Assembly (NCBI GenBank): GCA_037443265.1
Contig: JBBIOR010000010.1
Location: 30,179-64,761 of the forward strand
DNA length: 34,583 bases
Source of the DNA: Candidatus Fraserbacteria bacterium
GTDB lineage: Bacteria > Bipolaricaulota > Bipolaricaulia > RBG-16-55-9
Direction: 5' to 3'
This document shows, in pieces, positions 30,892 through 34,583 of the stretch. The notes below the pieces were generated by a model. The model saw nothing but the letters and a program-made list of their open reading frames with translations. It did no database searches and was not told the origin of the DNA. How positions within the stretch are numbered: the stretch's first letter is position 1; every line of letters begins with the position of its first letter. The translations under genes were made by a program, and so were the position numbers.

Positions 30892-31652
30892 GAGTGAAAG
30901 AGGCCAAGCTAGCGGGGCGAGTCGCTCTGGTGGCCGGCGGCGGGCGGGGGATCGGCCGGGCGATCGCGCTGGCTCTCGCCGAGGCCGGAGCGGATGTGAT
31001 CCCCACCGGTCGCACCTTAAGCCAACTCCAGCAGACGGCCCGAAAGATCGAACAGAGGGGCCGGCGATCGATGCTTAAGACGTGCGATGTGAGTCGACTG
31101 GAACAGATCCAAGCCCTCGTGGCCGAGGTGCACGCCCAGTTCAGACGCATCGATGTGCTCATCAACGCTGCTGCCATAAGCCCTATCTGGAGGCGCATCG
31201 AAGACGTGACGGAAGAAGAATGGGACGCGATTCTGGATGTGAATCTTAAGGGAGCCTTTCTGCTCAGCCGAGAGGTGGGACGCCTCATGATAGAGCAGGG
31301 GGGAGGATCGATCATTCATATCGCGTCGATCGCCGGGCTTCGGGGGAGTTCGCATATTGGCCCCTATTCTGTGAGCAAGGCGGGCCTGATCGGCCTGGTG
31401 CGGGTGCTCGCCTACGAGTGGGCCAAGTACGGCATTCGCGTCAATGCGATCGCTCCCGGCTGGGTCTGGACGGAGCTGAGCCGGCCTGTCCTAGAGCATC
31501 CGGAGATCTCAAAGAGCCTACTCGCAGATATCCCGCTCAAGCGCTTTGCCCGGCCGGAGGAGATCGCGCCCTTGGCTGTCTATCTCGCTTCTGAGGAGTC
31601 GGCTTTCGTCACCGGGCAGATCTATGCCATTGACGGAGGGCAGACTCTGTAG
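30888..31652 (+). CDS. Short-chain dehydrogenase/reductase
   Basis: GGGRGIG, INAA, catalytic S and YSVSK, RVNAIAPG, IDGG. Confidence 0.93.
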   Translation: MRVKEAKLAGRVALVAGGGRGIGRAIALALAEAGADVIPTGRTLSQLQQTARKIEQRGRRSMLKTCDVSRLEQIQALVAEVHAQFRRIDVLINAAAISPIWRRIEDVTEEEWDAILDVNLKGAFLLSREVGRLMIEQGGGSIIHIASIAGLRGSSHIGPYSVSKAGLIGLVRVLAYEWAKYGIRVNAIAPGWVWTELSRPVLEHPEISKSLLADIPLKRFARPEEIAPLAVYLASEESAFVTGQIYAIDGGQTL

Positions 31653-31697
31653 TGTAAACTGAGCCAGGCATTTCCCAAGCGAAGGGAGAGATCATCG

Positions 31698-33203
31698 ATG
31701 AATCTCGCCAGGCTTCTGGATGAGGCAGCTGAGAAATACAGCGAGCATCCGGCGATCCTCTTTGAAGATCAGGAGATCAGCTATGCGGAGCTGGCGGACG
31801 CCACAAGCCGCTTTGCCGGGGGACTCAAGAAGCTGGGCATCGAGCCCTCGGATCGAGTGGCCGTCTATCTCCCCAATCTGCCTCAATTTGTGATCGCCAT
31901 CTGGGGGATCTTAAAGGCCGGGGCGGTGCCCACGCCGATGAACCCTCAGCTCAAGCCGCGTGAGATCGCTTATCAACTGAGAGATTCCGGAGCGAAGCTC
32001 ATCATCGGGCTTCTGCCGCTGCTCTCAGAGATCGAGGCGGCCCGGGAGCAAGTCCCCGGGGTGGGGATCGTGACCGTGGGAGGCGAAAGCCCTCACACGC
32101 GATTCCGAGAGGTCCTCGCCAGCGAACCCTACTTTGTGGACCGCCAGGACGATGATATCGCGCTTTTGCCCTACACCAGCGGGACGACCGGTCAGCCCAA
32201 GGGCGTGCTGCTCACCCATAAAAATCTCATCTCCAACGTCCGGGCCATCACCAAGCTCTTCACGCTGCCTGCGGAGGAGGATCGAGTCTTGATCCCGATC
32301 CCCATGTTCCACATCACGGGCATGACGGTGATGATGCTCTCGCCCCTTAGCCGCGGGGCGACGATCTATCCCATGCTGCGCTGGCAGGCCGAAGAAGCCC
32401 TCAAGCTCATCCACAAGCATCGCATCACGGACTTTCTGGCCGTCCCTACGATCTATATCGATCTTTTGCATCATCCCAGATTGGACGATTATGATCTCTC
32501 TTCCTTGAAGCTGTGCAGCTCCGGGGGAGCGCGCATGCCCGTGCCCGTGATGGAAGCCTTCGAAAAGAGATTGAAAATTCCCGTCTACGAGGGCTATGGG
32601 CTCACGGAGACGTCCCCGGTGACGCACACGAACTTGGCTGCGCCCAAGCGCGTGGCCGGCTCCATCGGCTGGCCCATAGAGAACACAGAGTGCAAGATTG
32701 TAAATGAGAACGGCCAGAAGCTGCCTGCGGGAGAGGTCGGAGAGCTGCTCATCCGCGGCCCACAGGTGATGAAGGGCTATCACAACAACCCTCAAGCCAC
32801 CCAAGAGTCCTTCGATCCCGAGGGCTTCTTCCGCACGGGCGATCTGGCCTATGTCGATGAGCAAGGCTACTACTACATCGTCGATCGCGTGAAAGACATG
32901 ATCAACGTGGCCGGCCTGAAGGTCTATCCCAAAGAAGTGGAGCATGTTCTCTATGAGCATCCCGCCGTGGCGGAGTGTGCCGTGGTGGGAATAAGCGACC
33001 CGCGCAAGGGCGAAACCGTCAAAGCCTTCATCGTGCTCAAGTCCTGCTATAAGCCCTCGGAGGCTCTGGCCCAGGAGCTTAAGCAACATTGTCTCAACGA
33101 GATCGCAGCTTATAAACACCCACGCGAGATCGAGTTTGTAAAAGAATTGCCCAAGACCGCCTCGGGCAAGATCCAGAAGTATCGTCTGAAAGCGGGCGCG
33201 TAG
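31698..33203 (+). CDS. Long-chain fatty-acid--CoA ligase (FadD-like)
   Basis: YTSGTTGQPKG, EGYGLTETSP, FRTGD, DRVKDMI, LPKTASGKI. Confidence 0.93.
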   Translation: MNLARLLDEAAEKYSEHPAILFEDQEISYAELADATSRFAGGLKKLGIEPSDRVAVYLPNLPQFVIAIWGILKAGAVPTPMNPQLKPREIAYQLRDSGAKLIIGLLPLLSEIEAAREQVPGVGIVTVGGESPHTRFREVLASEPYFVDRQDDDIALLPYTSGTTGQPKGVLLTHKNLISNVRAITKLFTLPAEEDRVLIPIPMFHITGMTVMMLSPLSRGATIYPMLRWQAEEALKLIHKHRITDFLAVPTIYIDLLHHPRLDDYDLSSLKLCSSGGARMPVPVMEAFEKRLKIPVYEGYGLTETSPVTHTNLAAPKRVAGSIGWPIENTECKIVNENGQKLPAGEVGELLIRGPQVMKGYHNNPQATQESFDPEGFFRTGDLAYVDEQGYYYIVDRVKDMINVAGLKVYPKEVEHVLYEHPAVAECAVVGISDPRKGETVKAFIVLKSCYKPSEALAQELKQHCLNEIAAYKHPREIEFVKELPKTASGKIQKYRLKAGA

Positions 33204-33256
33204 AGCTGTCAGAGATCTCAGCTCCGCACATATAATTTGTGCAGAAAGGGGACCCT

Positions 33257-34558
33257 ATGATCCCAAAAATGCTTTCGCTGGTTGTGGTTGGACTGCTGAT
33301 CAGCTTGGGCCTTGGCTCTAGGGCCTTAGGGCAACCGGAGCTGGTGTCCATTCGCTGTGACGAGACGATTGAGGAGGTCGCGTCGTGTTCCGGGCCGTTC
33401 ATCATCTGTGAGCGCCAGTACGTGATCGAGGTCCCAGAGGGGGCCACGAAACTCACCGTGGAGATACGTCCTCCGGCATCTTTCCAGGGTGGGTGGGACT
33501 TGGACCTCTTTGTCAACTTTGGCGAGCCGGTGGACCAGAATCGTCTGGAGGAGACGGTGATTGCCTCGGCCGTGGAGGTCGGGCCGGATACGATCGCGCT
33601 CTCTGGGGCCAAGCTGCGGCCGGGGACCTACTACATTGCCATTGGCAACCCGGAAGTTGCGCCCCAGCCGTTTGAGCTCACGGTCACGGTCGACCCGTGT
33701 GTGACGTGCTCTGAGAACCAGCAGCGCCTGGCACAGAGCGCCGTACGCCTGCCACCCAACCTTGAGCAGACGGGCTCCGTGCAAGCCGCTTCCCTCTCTC
33801 CTACGCTGGCCGAGCCCCAATATATCATCGAGGTCACCCAGGAGACTCAGGCGTTGGCCATTGGGCTGCGCAGCCTAAGCGGAGGAGATTTGAACTTGCA
33901 CGTTCAAGGGGGCTGTGCGGTGGATCTTTCCGCCTCGCCGCCGGACTTCTCGCTGGTGTCGCCCTTGGGAGCGGAGTTCATCGTCTTGAGCCGCGCTCAG
34001 CTCAAGCCGGGCAGATATTATCTGGCTGTAGAGAACCGCGAGAATACCGATCAGGCTTTCAGTATTGCCGCCATGACGATGCCGGTGCTGAGCGGACCGT
34101 TTTCCAACGATGGAGGGGAGGATGGGCGGGTTGAATCTCCCGATGAAGGCCTTCTGGCCTTTCTTGCTCAGCTGCTGGCGACCAGCTCGGGACGGCTGGC
34201 GCTCACCCAGTATGTGCTCGAGGTAAGCCGGAGGGTGAAGGCTCTCAAGATTGAGATCGAGGGCTCTGGACCTTTGAATCTCCATCTTCGCTTCGAGCAG
34301 GCCGTGGAGATCTCCGGAGGGCGGGTGGTGGCCGATCTATCGGCGTTGGGGCTCTCAAACGCCAAGGCAGTCCTGCTGAGCGGAGCTCTGCTTCAGCCGG
34401 GGAAGTACTTTCTGGCCATCGAGGGCTTGACGCAAGAGCCGCAGGATTTCATCCTTCGCTTCACGTTCATCACGGATCAGAGCCCAACGACGGTCATAAA
34501 GAGCTACTCGCGTGCTCCTTTGGAGGAGGAGCCGCGCGAGGAGAAGATCCGCTGGTAA
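33257..34558 (+). CDS. Secreted protein with three tandem PPC-like beta-sandwich domains
   Basis: Signal peptide; three repeats of QY.IEV...L.I...DL.L.V...L.PG.Y.(I/L)A; TATAAT at 33231 and an AAGGGG SD. Confidence 0.75.
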   Translation: MIPKMLSLVVVGLLISLGLGSRALGQPELVSIRCDETIEEVASCSGPFIICERQYVIEVPEGATKLTVEIRPPASFQGGWDLDLFVNFGEPVDQNRLEETVIASAVEVGPDTIALSGAKLRPGTYYIAIGNPEVAPQPFELTVTVDPCVTCSENQQRLAQSAVRLPPNLEQTGSVQAASLSPTLAEPQYIIEVTQETQALAIGLRSLSGGDLNLHVQGGCAVDLSASPPDFSLVSPLGAEFIVLSRAQLKPGRYYLAVENRENTDQAFSIAAMTMPVLSGPFSNDGGEDGRVESPDEGLLAFLAQLLATSSGRLALTQYVLEVSRRVKALKIEIEGSGPLNLHLRFEQAVEISGGRVVADLSALGLSNAKAVLLSGALLQPGKYFLAIEGLTQEPQDFILRFTFITDQSPTTVIKSYSRAPLEEEPREEKIRW

Positions 34559-34583
34559 GAGAGGAGGACAACCTCGCTTAGGG

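Overview
GC-rich bacterial chromosome segment, densely packed with about 30 CDSs. I found no rRNA, tRNA, CRISPR array or mobile element. Most of it is housekeeping and catabolism: two AMP-forming acyl-CoA ligases, trxB, lon, an MFS transporter, pyrE, a histidine phosphatase, a partial 2-oxoacid dehydrogenase cluster (E1beta-E2-lipB, no E1alpha or E3), an HD dNTPase-like protein, icd, an MBL hydrolase, DUF402, tnaA with an SPFH gene, tpiA-mutM, a Liv-type ABC transporter operon flanked by secreted beta-helix and NHL proteins, and a divergent IorA-like/SDR/CoA-ligase operon. There are also several secreted proteins (vWA-PKD, triple PPC-like). The style suggests a deep-branching lineage, possibly Ca. 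Bipolaricaulota/Acetothermia, but that is an unverified impression. Most interesting: (1) a strongly structured ~150-nt candidate stand-alone ncRNA with its own sigma70-type promoter between convergent genes (17727-17995); (2) a 6-Cys insertion in the LivG ATPase; (3) an IorA-like TPP enzyme that has lost its Fe-S motifs and has no adjacent IorB; (4) a TrxB with a remodelled NADPH site; (5) several SD-less genes whose -10 box sits 6-10 nt from the start codon (near-leaderless).
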